This document shows, piece by piece, positions 62,768-64,000 of a stretch of 64,000 nt of DNA. The stretch's first letter is position 1, and each line of letters opens with the position of its first letter. The DNA is taken from positions 128,340,001 through 128,404,000 of the forward strand of contig NC_043000.1 of the NCBI RefSeq assembly GCF_006345805.1, written 5' to 3'. Source of the stretch: Octopus sinensis (Eukaryota). The notes below the pieces were generated by a model. The model ran no database searches and was not told the DNA's origin. It saw only the letters and a list, made by a program, of their open reading frames with translations. The translations under genes and the position numbers were made by a program.

Positions 62768-64000
62768 TATACATACATACATAACCTCCCCTAACCACAC
62801 ACCCACACACACGTGTATGTGTGTGAAAAATGCTTTGTTCATAGCTGAGAGTGACATAAATGAGTCACCTAGTTCAATTGGCTCCAGGGATATGTGAAAC
62901 CCAACATGTCATAAGAGGAAAGTAACCTGAGAGATGAGATTCAACAAAAACTTTTGACTTCAGGTCAAATATGTCACAAGGTCCCAGGAAAGCTTTATTA
63001 AACTGTCCTCACTACATTCACTATAGGTAAAGCCACACATACACAAACACACATATATCAATTTCAACAGGTTTAGCAAACATCACAAGTTTAATAGAGA
63101 GCTGACTAACAGCTATAGAATATGTTTCTTTGACAAGTTCCGACACTTCCTACTATTTGTCAAGTTCTTGATTTTGGGAGTTTTGATGCACCTTTGAATC
63201 TTTGACATTTTGTCAGTCAAAGCTGTGCCCTATTGTGACCCCCCAGACTCATAAACCTAATCAGCTTAACAAATCAGTTTCTGTGAATTTATCTAGCTGA
63301 ACTGTTGCCAACTACAAAGAATTATTTAAATTGTTTTGTCTGTCTTTAAACAACTCACATCATTAGGGAGTCTTGAAATGATGTCCTGTTGGAAACCATT
63401 CAGCATTTAATATTCCTTAAGAGCATAGTCATTGGTTGACAGGATTAGCCCCTCACATACAATGTCTTTTTCAAGAGTAGAAGATAAATAATTTTTTTTC
63501 ACTCAACTTACACAGATGTAGTATGGTTAAATAGTTAAAAAGTTAACTTTGCAACCACCAGGTCCTGGGTTTGATCCTACTGTAAGGCACTTTGGGAAAG
63601 TTATTTTCTAGAGCTTCAGGTTGATCCATACCATCTAAGTGAAATTGGGGAGACAAAAACTGTTTGAAAGGCTGTTGAATGGGTTATACCTGTAATTCAA
63701 AGCTACAACCATGACACATTGATTCTGCCTGAGAATTATCTTAAGGGCGTGTATGTCAGAGGAATACTCAACCTCTTACATGTTGATACAATGAACAGGA
63801 AATTCAGTTGGTTGAACAACCAAATTTTCATCACCAAAACTGACGGAAAACCACTCATCTAACAATCTAAACATGAATGAAGGAATAAACTGGTTCTAAT
63901 ACAGTAGTATTATTTTTATGTGTGGCTTTATTTGAAATAGTATGCAAATTGCTGTACCAAGCTTGCATGAAGTATAGTCCTCATTGCTCCAAGTTCTATC

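Overview
AT-rich eukaryotic genomic DNA, most likely from an octopus or related coleoid cephalopod. That assignment rests on my recall of the dominant SINE-like repeat families and was not checked against a database. The only protein-coding gene I can support is a minus-strand SPRED (Sprouty-related, EVH1 domain) gene. Three coding exons splice in frame with canonical GT-AG sites: 47878-47710 (169 nt, C-terminal half of EVH1), 5702-5650 (53 nt, GDDDVF microexon) and 3260-2361 (linker plus cysteine-rich SPR domain and stop). The 5' exons were not found and probably lie beyond base 64000. About 95% of the window is intron, filled with microsatellites, at least four SINE-like families, hAT-type MITEs with target-site duplications (TSDs) and decayed transposon fragments. 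Almost all other ORF-track entries are translations of microsatellites or repeats. The most notable unexplained structure is a roughly 14-kb CpG-retaining domain (about 9.0-23.1 kb) inside the otherwise CpG-depleted 42-kb intron. It contains promoter-like motifs and candidate splice donors that could produce an EVH1-less, Sprouty-like isoform; this is a hypothesis. Other observations are a zero-spacer SINE palindrome nested in a MITE, serial reuse of one hAT target site, and a decayed hammerhead-ribozyme-like motif. I found no clear evidence of a wholly new biological system.
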